A stretch of DNA of 64,000 nucleotides from Macrostomum lignano. Its lineage: Eukaryota. Both the position numbers and the translations under genes were made by a program. The stretch lies in the NCBI GenBank assembly GCA_002269645.1, contig NIVC01002183.1, forward strand, positions 62,001-126,000, given 5' to 3'. Under the pieces are notes generated by a model. It saw only the letters and a program-made list of their open reading frames with translations, was not told where the DNA came from and made no database searches. This document shows positions 1 through 11,489 of the stretch, one piece after another; within the stretch, counting starts at the first letter, position 1; every line of letters begins with the position of its first letter.

Positions 1-2912
<2,912 letters not shown>

Positions 2913-2937
2913 GTAACAGATTATATTGCAGTTCGGT

Positions 2938-3261
2938 TCTCTACAGAGTTAGGGAGAGGACAGCTCTACAGAGTTAGGGAGAGGACAGCTCTACAGAGTT
3001 AGGGAAAGGACAGCTCTATAGAGTTAGGGAGAGGACAGCTCTACAGAGTTAGGGAGAGGACAGCTCTACAGAGTTAGGGAGAGGACAGCTCTATAGAGTT
3101 AGGGAGAGGACAGCTCTTAAAGAGATAGGGAGAGGACAGCTCTTAAAGAGATAGGGAGAGGACAGCTCTACAAAGTTAGGGAGAGGACAGCTCTACAGAG
3201 TTAGGGAAAGGACAGCTCTATAGAGTTAGGGAGAGGACAGCTCTTAAAGAGATAGGGAGAG
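2938..3261. repeat. 25-bp minisatellite (AGAGTTAGGGAGAGGACAGCTCTAC), left part; continues at 15650-15783 after the Polinton
   Basis: The same unit occurs on both sides of the element, so the array was split by the insertion. Confidence 0.92.
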
Positions 3262-3478
3262 AGTAGTATGGGTTAGCAGAACCCTGCCGAACAGTGCGGA
3301 GATAGGAGACTCCGGAGACAGAAAGGCGATGGGCGGAGGTGAGGTGGTGCAAGGAGTTGGGGTGGGTGGGCAGAGTGGCGGGTTGGAGGTGAGGCCGGCG
3401 CAAGGAGGGAGGTGGGTCGGCTGAAAGTTAGCAGAACGCTGCCGAACAGTGCGGAGATAGGAGGACAGAAAGGCGATG
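3262..3478 (+). repeat. Left terminal inverted repeat (TIR-derived tandem subrepeats continue to ~3820)
   Basis: Reverse complement of 15433-15649; no mismatch found by eye. Confidence 0.95.
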
Positions 3479-4002
3479 GGCGGAGGTGAGGTGGTGCAAG
3501 GAGTTGGGGTGGGTGGGCAGAGTGGCGGGTTGGAGGTGAGGCCGGCGCAAGGAGGGAGGTGGGTCGGCTGAAAGTTAGCAGAACGCTGCCGAACAGTGTG
3601 GCGATAGGAGGGCTGAAAAGGCGATGGGCGGGGTGAAGGTGAGGCCGGCGCAAGGAGGGAGGTGGGTCGGCTGAAAGTTAGCAGAACGCTGCCGAACAGT
3701 GTGGAGATAGGAGGGCTGAAAAGGCGATGGGCGGGGTGAAGGTGAGGCCGGCGCAAGGAGGGAGGTGGGTCGGCTGAAAGTTAGCAGAACGTTAGTTAGC
3801 AGAACGCTGCCGAGCAGTGTGGAGATAGAATAGAAGAGCGAGCGTACGGGGTAGGGGGGGGGGCAAGTCAGAGTGTGGGGTTGGTTGAACTGGAGAAATT
3901 GGAGAGGCCCAGCGCGCCTAGCGTGGGGTTGGTCGGTCAGGTGGGGGAGGCAGGTAGCAAAGCAAAGAATCGGAAGGTTTTGGAATAGCAGAGTAAACAA
4001 AT

Positions 4003-4310
4003 TGACAGAGAGGTGAGCTCTAAAACAGTTGTTCAACTCTGCCGCACTTTCACTGTGCAGGGACAGAGAGGTGAGCTCTAAAACAGTTGTTCAACTCTGC
4101 CGCACTTTCACTGTGCAGGGACAGAGAGGTGAGCTCTAAAACAGTTGTTCAACTCTGCCGCACTTTCACTGTGCAGGGACAGAGAGGTGAGCTCTAAAAC
4201 AGCTGTTCAACTCTGCCGCACTTTCACTGTGCAGGGACAGAGAGGTGAGCTCTAAAACAGCTGTTCAACTCTGCCGCACTTTCACTGTGCAGGGACAGAG
4301 GTGAGCTCTA
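4003..4310. repeat. 58-bp subterminal tandem repeat (x~5) inside the Polinton
   Basis: Unit CAGAGAGGTGAGCTCTAAAACAGTTGTTCAACTCTGCCGCACTTTCACTGTGCAGGGA. Confidence 0.9.
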
Positions 4311-4456
4311 GGCGCACTGGCATTGTTAATAAATGAGCAATAAACTTTGCAACGGTTTGTGTGGCTGATGCTGACGAGCAGCCGCTGCTTGATGCCGAAT
4401 AAGCAAAAAATGGGGTGGGTGCTCATTCTGACACCCACCCCACTCCGCTTTGAGGG

Positions 4457-4464
4457 TATATAAG
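4457..4464 (+). promoter_or_regulatory. Candidate TATA box for the PC4-like gene
   Basis: TATATAAG about 85-90 nt upstream of the ATG at 4548, at the end of the subterminal non-coding region. Confidence 0.5.
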
Positions 4465-4547
4465 CCCCGATTTTTTAAATTCAACGGTAAATCTATTTTT
4501 TTCTTGAATTCGATTTCACAAGTTTTCGAAGTGATTTTGTGTGAACT

Positions 4548-5279
4548 ATGGATATTAGTGAAGGTTACAGAGTGCAGGTGCAAGAATTCGAAGGCCAGAA
4601 ATACATCGCGATCAGGAAGTTTTACCGACATGGCAGCACAGCAAGCCTCAAGCCTGGTGTTCCCGGCTTCAACCTGAATGTGCAGCAGTGGACGAAGCTA
4701 AAGGACTTAAAGCGCTCCCTGGTGAAGTCGGCTCTGAACAACGAGCTCAAGGTCATCAAGCTGGGCTTCGACAAATTTGTTCAAGTCAAGGATGGCCTCA
4801 TCTGGCTAAAGCGGCTGCCTGAGGACTGCTGTGATGAATTTATGAAGCGCAACACCGTGCCACTGTCTCCGAAGCTCTGGCAGAAGCTGTGGCAGACTTC
4901 GGACTGGATAGACCAGCAGCTATCAGAGCCCTACCAAGGTGCGGGGGCGAAGTACGAGCTGAGCTCATCCGAAGATGAGGACGAAGACGCCACCCTCATA
5001 CTGCCGGTCAAGACTGAGGCTGCTGAAGGCGAGGAGGAGGTCGGCTCACCATCGGAGCTGACAACCGACATCGAGGCTGTGACTTCCACACCTTTGGCCA
5101 GAGCCGGCACATCGACTGGGAACATCCCGGCGGAGGACACGGACCTACAGCAGGATCCGGTGTGGTACCGATTCCGGGCTCATGCCGCTGAGGTGGAGAA
5201 CAATCGAAAGCGGAAACTGCCGTATCCTCTGCGCAGGCAGGAGACAATGAAGGTGTCTAAGCTGCGTTTTGAAGACTGA
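4548..5279 (+). CDS. PC4/p15-like ssDNA-binding protein, probably two PC4-like repeats plus an acidic tail (243 aa)
   Basis: YRVQVQEFEGQKYIAIRKFY...PGVPGFNLNVQQWTKLK matches the PC4 consensus (V.EFKGK.Y+.IREFY...PG.KGI.L..EQW..L). A weaker second copy is LGFDKFVQVKDGLIWLKR...VPLSPKLWQKL. Acidic run SSSEDEDED follows. Confidence 0.75.
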   Translation: MDISEGYRVQVQEFEGQKYIAIRKFYRHGSTASLKPGVPGFNLNVQQWTKLKDLKRSLVKSALNNELKVIKLGFDKFVQVKDGLIWLKRLPEDCCDEFMKRNTVPLSPKLWQKLWQTSDWIDQQLSEPYQGAGAKYELSSSEDEDEDATLILPVKTEAAEGEEEVGSPSELTTDIEAVTSTPLARAGTSTGNIPAEDTDLQQDPVWYRFRAHAAEVENNRKRKLPYPLRRQETMKVSKLRFED

Positions 5280-5649
5280 GCTGGAGGTTGGATGAGACTG
5301 ATGAGACTCAAAGGATAATTCAGTTTGGTTTGCCTTTGTCTAATTTTATTCAGCTAAGTTAAGTTTTGACAATTGTCGTAACCGTTTAGTCTTATTTATT
5401 CAGGTGTTAACAAACCAAGTTTATACTTAAATGCATGCAATTTATACTTATTTGCACTACTCAGTGTTACTATTTCCTGCAATCTTCTTTTTAAGATCAC
5501 CAACTGTTCGCAGTCCCTAAGTTAAAAAAATATATAATAAGTGTACGGTGTATGAGTTTAATATTGGAATAAAACCTGTCTTTTAAAACGCCAATCGTTG
5601 TTCTTAAGAAAAACATACCTGTGTACATCTGGTTCTTTTTCATTTGAGG

Positions 5650-6715
5650 ATGGAAAAAATTTACTTTGACCCACAACAGCCGGCTAGTTTTTCTAGTGCT
5701 TCCAAACTGTTGAATGAAGTTAGGAGAAGAGGAGATCGCATATCCACTAAGTGCATAGAACAGTGGCTCAGTGAGCAGCCAGTGCACACCCTACACAAGC
5801 CAGCTAGAAGGCGATATCCAAGGGCCCCAATCATAGTGCGGGCTATCGATGATCAGTGGGAACTTGACTTGGTAGAAATGATTCCATTCGCAAAGTATAA
5901 TAAAGGCTACAAATATATTCTCACATGTATTGACGTACTGTCAAAGTGTGCTTGGGCCAAGGCACTGAAAAATAAAACTGCTACAGAAGTGAAGTCAGCA
6001 TTCGAGAGCATACTGAGAAGTTCAAAGCGCCAGCCACGCACAGTTCGCACAGATCAGGGGAAGGAATTTATCAACTCCACTTTCCGTCAATACTGCATTG
6101 ACAGAGGGATTCTGGCTTTCCCAACTAACAGCGAGCAGAAGGCGGCTGTCATTGAGCGATGGAATCGACTCTGAAAAGTAGAATGTGGCGCTACTTCACC
6201 TACAAGAGCACACTGCACTGGCTTGATGTGCTGCCTAAGCTGGTAAAATCTACAACAATACCTACCACAGAAGCATCAAAATGGCACCCACTAGTGTCTG
6301 CAAAGAGAATGAATCTGAAGTGTGGATGAACCTGTACGACGGAAAAGCAGCCGAGACTCTAGAAAAATTAAGGAAGCCTAAATTCGCTGAAAACCAGTCA
6401 GTGAGAATTTCCAATGCTCCACGGCTATTCAAAAAGGGATACAAAGCGAGCTGGAGTGAGGAAGTGTACACCGTGGTGAGCAGAGCCCCAAAACATTATC
6501 CCTACATGTACAAGATTAAAGACATGCGGGGGCAAGAGATTCGAGGACTCTTCCATGAGCACGAGGTGCAGGCTGTCCCAGACTCACAGCGGCTGTATGT
6601 GATTGAGAAGATCCTGAAAACGGAGAAGCGGAAGGGAAAAATTCGCTATCTGGTGAAATGGGCCGGCTACGATTCGACTGGCTGGGTGGATGAAAAAGAC
6701 TTAAGAAAGGTTTAG
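5650..6715 (+). CDS. Retroviral-like (rve, DDE) integrase with C-terminal chromodomain; two -1 frameshifts (~6167, ~6247)
   Basis: KIYFDPQQPASFSS (Maverick integrase N-terminus), DDQWELDL / RTDQGKEF / IERWNR catalytic motifs, and YVIEKIL...YLVKWAGYD chromodomain. Restoring one base at each site gives RTLKSRMWRYFT...LVKIYNNTYHRSIKMAP. Confidence 0.92.
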
Positions 6716-6734
6716 CTTTGGCACATCCCTCATC

Positions 6735-7562
6735 ATGAAGTTTATCTTTATAATGCGAACTATTTTGATTAACAGTGAGCATGCTGAAGGTACTCCTAGT
6801 GACTTTAATTTTTACCTGTCTTCACCTATTTACTTGGATCGAAATGTGGACTATGAGGCAGGTCTGGCTGAAATCCATCTGCCTACTGCATGGTTCAATG
6901 TTGACGAGCCTTACTGCTTCACTGTCTCAGATGGAAGAGAGCATGAGGCCCTGGTTCTTCAACCCGGACGCTTTGCTAGAGTGGAGGAGCTGGTGGAGCG
7001 CCTGAATGAGCTGCTGGCCAACTCTGATTCGCTGTTCTTTGATGCGATGAGTGACAGGGAGTCTGAGATGGAGGCTGATGAGTCCGGCCTGATGGGGCGT
7101 AGTGGCAACAGGGAATTTGGTATGAAGTTCGAAATCCGCAACTCACGAACTGTGGTGCACAACAACACTACGAGAGCAGAGCTGTTTCTCCCATCCAGCA
7201 AAATTCTGCATTGGCTGGGATTCGGAAACCAGGCTGTGAAAATCCAGCCAGGGAGCCGCGTGTCCGAGCATTGCATTGGCTGCCCGCGCACCAGCTTAAT
7301 CAATGTGCACTGCAGTATCATTGAGTCAACTAATTGCGACTGGGGCTCCTTGTTGAGAACAGTTGGAATGAAAGCTGGCATTGAATGGGGCAACTATCAA
7401 ACAAAAATATTTAAGAAAACAATATTCTTCCCGATTCAACGAATCAGTATTCTCCACAGCATTCGAGTTCAGCTGCGGGACATCTATGGTTGCCTACTGA
7501 TTGCACAGACTCACAGCCCTGTTCTGCTCACAGTTCAGATTCGAGAGAAACGCATTCAATGA
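6735..7562 (+). CDS. Minor capsid protein (penton, single jelly roll), Polinton type
   Basis: TPSDFNFYLSSPIYL..YEAGLAEIHLPTAWFNV at the N-terminus; INVHCSIIE and IRVQLRDIYG at the C-terminus. Position is next to the major capsid gene. Confidence 0.8.
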   Translation: MKFIFIMRTILINSEHAEGTPSDFNFYLSSPIYLDRNVDYEAGLAEIHLPTAWFNVDEPYCFTVSDGREHEALVLQPGRFARVEELVERLNELLANSDSLFFDAMSDRESEMEADESGLMGRSGNREFGMKFEIRNSRTVVHNNTTRAELFLPSSKILHWLGFGNQAVKIQPGSRVSEHCIGCPRTSLINVHCSIIESTNCDWGSLLRTVGMKAGIEWGNYQTKIFKKTIFFPIQRISILHSIRVQLRDIYGCLLIAQTHSPVLLTVQIREKRIQ

Positions 7563-7948
7563 ACTACCAGCAGCTGATCCAGCAATATTCGGGGGTGAGG
7601 ACAGCACACGAAAAGCCTGCACTCAATGGCTGTGGGAGCTTCCCTGGGATCATGACATACCAGCCTCCTCCAGCGGCTACATCATTATCCTCAACGCTTA
7701 GCAATGTCAGGCGCAAAAGAAATGCTGAAGCAAGTCCGAAACGATTGAAGAAGAAGAAGCGCACCCGAAAGGCAACTGGTGGCGATCGCCTCAATAAGAG
7801 GTCCAATGGAAGAAAGCCGAGCAAGGCTAGTAGGAAAAAGCTTAAGAATAGGAAGACGAAAGCAAAGAAGAATAGAGCAGGCGGAGGAAAGCGACAGCAA
7901 AAAGTCAGCAAGAAAACTGTGAAACGCGTGCTCGACTCTCTGTCATAG
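7559..7948 (+). CDS. Small Lys/Arg-rich protein, putative virion core/DNA-condensing protein (129 aa)
   Basis: The ATG overlaps the penton stop (ATGA). GCGSFPG..YQ motif, then a highly basic C-terminal half (KRLKKKKRTRK, SRKKLKNRKTKAKK). Confidence 0.6.
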   Translation: MNYQQLIQQYSGVRTAHEKPALNGCGSFPGIMTYQPPPAATSLSSTLSNVRRKRNAEASPKRLKKKKRTRKATGGDRLNKRSNGRKPSKASRKKLKNRKTKAKKNRAGGGKRQQKVSKKTVKRVLDSLS

Positions 7949-7950
7949 AC

Positions 7951-9225
7951 ATGGCTTACGGATTCAATCCCAGACTTGATTTATTTAAGACGCCCGTTCT
8001 ACAAACCTGCATTGAAAAAGCTACTTATGTTGATATTCACCCAGTAATTCCATTGTTGCAAACTCCCCATTGAATTTGACTGCCACCAATCTGCCGATGA
8101 ATACACAGATCTGCTAATTCTTTTCTTTATATTCGCTGCCGCCTTGTGAGACTGGATGGGGGTTTGCTGAGGGAGGATGTTCGAGATGGAGATGGCATCA
8201 TCACCGAGCGCAGAGACAGTGATGTGCACCCAGAAAACTTTGTTCTGTCTACAGTCTTCTCAGATGTAATTGTGAGCATTAACCAGCGAGTGGTGTCTGG
8301 TGGAGACCAGCTCTATCCCTACCATGCGTACTTCAAAGCACTAATGAGCTCATCTGATGCCCAGCAACTAAAACTTTACCCTGCTGGCTTCCTGGAGCCG
8401 GACTCTGCAGCTGAAGAGCACACGGAGAGCCACAGGGAATCCCGATGGATGGAGTATGCGGGGCCGCTCTTCAGCGATGTTTTCCAGTGCCCAGTGTTTC
8501 TGCTAAGCAATCTGCACTTGCACATCAAACTGGTCCCCAGCGATGGGGCCTTTGCCATCAGAACCCCGAATGTAAACAACGCGGCTTATCGCATGGAAAT
8601 CTCTCACAGCATTCTTCATCTTCGCCGAGTCAAAGTGGTGCCCCACATCAGCCTGGCTCACGAGCAGGGGCTGACAAACCAAAATGCACTGTATCCCATC
8701 GAGCGAACTGAAATGCAGAACTTCATCCTACCCCAGGGCATTCAATCTAAAAACATTGAAGGATTCACTCATGGAAAATTGCCGAAGTTCATCATGCTGG
8801 CCTTCGTGAGCCACCGAGCATTCAACGGTCATCATCACGCGAGTCCGTTCCAGTTCCAGAGCTTCAACCTCAGCCGGTTGGCTCTAAAGAAAGGTGGAGA
8901 GACCGTGTGCCACGGCGCCTTCACACCTGAAAACAATTCCTTTGTAAGAGAATACTTGCACTACATGAAAAGCTGTCAATCTGCAAGCAATTCGGTCCCG
9001 TGGATCCCCTACCAGCTCTTCTCCAACAACAACACGGTGTTTGCATTCGATCTCACACCAGAGGGAGCGGCTCTGTGGTACGGACAGAAGGAGGGCAACC
9101 TGCGGCTGGAGATTCGCTTCCGACAGGCTCTGGACGAAACGGTGTCCCTGATCGCTCTGTGCCTGTATGACTCGTTGATTGAGGTCACCAAGCACCGGGA
9201 GCTTTTGCTGGACTATTCCTCTTAA
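7951..9225 (+). CDS. Major capsid protein (double jelly roll, hexon-like); apparent 1-bp deletions at ~8048, ~8066, ~8112
   Basis: ATG 7951 gives MAYGFNPRLDLFKTPVLQTCI; with the frameshifts repaired it reads PIEFDC..DEYTDLANSFLYIRC. Also YAGPLFSDVFQ and the C-terminus FAFDLTPE...GNLRLEIRF..LIEVTKHRELLLDY, typical of Maverick MCPs. Confidence 0.9.
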
Positions 9226-9230
9226 TTGGC

Positions 9231-9740
9231 ATGGACGCAATTCAACTACTTAATCTCGCCAGAAAATTTTTGTCTTGCCGAAAATTTCTCATCATTACTT
9301 TACATTCACGCTATAAAAATGTTTTGCCTTTGAGTCTAAAAAGAAAATATCGATCAATTTCCCTTGAAAATAAGTTTGTTTTTGTTCTACTACAGCACAA
9401 TGGTTCATTTGGTCATTGGGTGGTGTGCTATGTTGGACAAGGAAATTGCATTGAGCTGTTCAACTCCCTCGGCTGGGAACCTGAAATTTTATCTGTGGTT
9501 TATAATTTGTTTCGAGAGATTAAAACAACTGGCTTTTGGCTCCGAAGCAATATAAACAGATTTCAATGTGCTAACTCTAATAAATGCGGAATGTTTTGCA
9601 TCTATTTTGCTTATCAAAAGTTTCTGTTCAATCGGTCATTTGAGGGGATTTTGAAGCATTTGCATGCTAATGAAAAAAATCATTTGAATGATAGAATCTT
9701 ACAGAGGTTTGAAGCCAACTTAAGAAAAATATGTGCGTGA
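9231..9740 (+). CDS. Adenain-like cysteine protease (virion maturation)
   Basis: GHWVVCY (His), IELFNSLG, and RFQCANSNKCGMFCIYF (Gln, Cys). Confidence 0.88.
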   Translation: MDAIQLLNLARKFLSCRKFLIITLHSRYKNVLPLSLKRKYRSISLENKFVFVLLQHNGSFGHWVVCYVGQGNCIELFNSLGWEPEILSVVYNLFREIKTTGFWLRSNINRFQCANSNKCGMFCIYFAYQKFLFNRSFEGILKHLHANEKNHLNDRILQRFEANLRKICA

Positions 9741-9764
9741 TTTCTAATATTTATGCATTAAGAC

Positions 9765-10412
9765 ATGGCAGAAAAGCGAGTTTGCTACGATATCCGCCTC
9801 AGACAGGGAAGCTGCATGATTGTCTGCGGGCCCACCAATGCAGGAAAAACAACCTTTGTCAAACACCTGATCCAGTACAGAGACGTCATGTTTGATGTGA
9901 AGCCTGGCAGAGTTCTGTGGTACTATGGGATCTCACAGGCAGGCCATACAGAATTGAGCAGCCTAGGTGTGCAGCTGCGCCAGGGATTTCCCACCAACAT
10001 CGAGGCAGCACTTAGGCCCAATGACCTGGTTGTTTTCGATGACTTAATAGAGGAAACTTCAAACTCTGCTTCAATGCGAAATTTTTTCACAGGAATCGCA
10101 CATCACTTGCCGTGCTTCTTGGTGATGCTGACTCAGAATATATTTTTCAAGGGAAAAGAGTCGCGAACAATGAGCTTGAATGTAATGTATTTAGCTATCT
10201 TGAAAAACCCCAGAGACCAGCTGCAGATTGCAGCACTGGGCAGGCAGTGCTTTACAGAAAAACCCGGCTTTCTGCTTTCAGTGTTCAGGCATGTAACAGC
10301 ACAGGGAAGGGGAGCCTATCTGTTTCTGGATTTTCATCCATCAACTCCTGATGAGCTGCGAGTGCGAGCTAGAATTTTACCCAACCAGCGACCCCATCTT
10401 GTCTATGCTTAA
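9765..10412 (+). CDS. FtsK/HerA-family (A32-like) DNA packaging ATPase
   Basis: Walker A GPTNAGKTT, Walker B LVVFDD, then MLTQNIF and SLNVMYLAILKNPRD. Confidence 0.92.
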   Translation: MAEKRVCYDIRLRQGSCMIVCGPTNAGKTTFVKHLIQYRDVMFDVKPGRVLWYYGISQAGHTELSSLGVQLRQGFPTNIEAALRPNDLVVFDDLIEETSNSASMRNFFTGIAHHLPCFLVMLTQNIFFKGKESRTMSLNVMYLAILKNPRDQLQIAALGRQCFTEKPGFLLSVFRHVTAQGRGAYLFLDFHPSTPDELRVRARILPNQRPHLVYA

Positions 10413-10450
10413 GAATAGCTCCGTTGCTTTGTAAGCTTTTTTCTCAAAAA

Positions 10451-10753
10451 ATGGAAGCTCTTGAATTGCATAGAAACATTTTTGTAATTCTTGCGTCATC
10501 AAAATATACTGTTAGCTTTAAGCGCGTACTAATAAAGCGCGGCCCAAGAGAAGTGAGAAATTTTCTTGCCGAGGCCTGCTACAATCTATTGGAAAACAAC
10601 TTGTCTTTCTCGCTTACTGAAAAGGCAGTTTTGGTTAAGTCGAGACACATAATTCGAAGAATTACAACTCAAAGAAGGAAAGAAGACTTGTGCAATGCTG
10701 CATTCATAAAAATTCTACCTATTCTGTTAAAGCTCGTCAAGAAAAAGAAATAA
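10451..10753 (+). CDS. Small basic conserved Polinton protein (PW-like), function unknown
   Basis: FLAEACYNLLENNL...KAVLVKSRHIIRRI...FIKILPILL resembles the small gene usually found beside the Maverick ATPase. Confidence 0.6.
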   Translation: MEALELHRNIFVILASSKYTVSFKRVLIKRGPREVRNFLAEACYNLLENNLSFSLTEKAVLVKSRHIIRRITTQRRKEDLCNAAFIKILPILLKLVKKKK

Positions 10754-10754
10754 G

Positions 10755-11456
10755 ATGAACAAATTCACCGAAATGGTTCTGATCTCCAAGTCCGAGTATG
10801 ACATGCTGATGCAGAATTTGAAGCCGACTGAGTCTGCAAGCGAATATAGTTTAAAGCATGCCCAGCAAAAATGTGATGATATCTTGTATACTGAGGATTA
10901 TCCCGCAGAAGTAAAAAGAAACATGTATCAGAATGCAATGCAGAGTGTTTTGACCAAGCGCAAGCAAGCAGAGGAAGAAGCTACAAAGAGCAAAGCTAAA
11001 GCAAAGACGATGAAAGCAGATCTGCCGCAGAACAACTGGGAGGAGAAGATCAGCAAATCAGTGCCTCAGAAATTCAAGACCAGGGCCCGCAGTCTATGGG
11101 CAAGCCTGTCAGACAAGCCTGAATTGATTCAAGTTTTGGGAAATGGAGAGGTGGAAATTTCAGGCACATCGATTCCTTGCTCAAACATACTGGACTTAGT
11201 TCAACACGCAGTGAGGGATTCAGTAGGTGGGAGTGAACCAGTTGGGTGGAATGAATTTTTTTGGTTACTACAGCGAAAGCAGCTGAATGTTCCAGTTTCG
11301 GCAATCGGGAAATCAGTTAAAAACCAACTATCACTAGTGAGTGACTCGGCAGGGGCTGAATTGAAAAAAGAGCAGCAGGATATAGTCAAGGGACTAGGAA
11401 GCAAGACAGCCTGGCTGAGGTTGAGCCAGAGAAAAGTATATAAGAAGACAAAGTGA
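10755..11456 (+). CDS. Conserved Polinton protein of unknown function (233 aa)
   Basis: GEVEISGTSIPCSNILDLV...EPVGWNEF...LNVP matches a motif I recognise from Maverick accessory ORFs. Confidence 0.65.
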   Translation: MNKFTEMVLISKSEYDMLMQNLKPTESASEYSLKHAQQKCDDILYTEDYPAEVKRNMYQNAMQSVLTKRKQAEEEATKSKAKAKTMKADLPQNNWEEKISKSVPQKFKTRARSLWASLSDKPELIQVLGNGEVEISGTSIPCSNILDLVQHAVRDSVGGSEPVGWNEFFWLLQRKQLNVPVSAIGKSVKNQLSLVSDSAGAELKKEQQDIVKGLGSKTAWLRLSQRKVYKKTK

Positions 11457-11489
11457 CAATATTTAAAAATCAAAGTGATCTTTCTCAAT

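Noticed and set aside
2944-3250. Interstitial telomere
   Set aside because: Only one TTAGGG per 25-bp unit, not a (TTAGGG)n tract.
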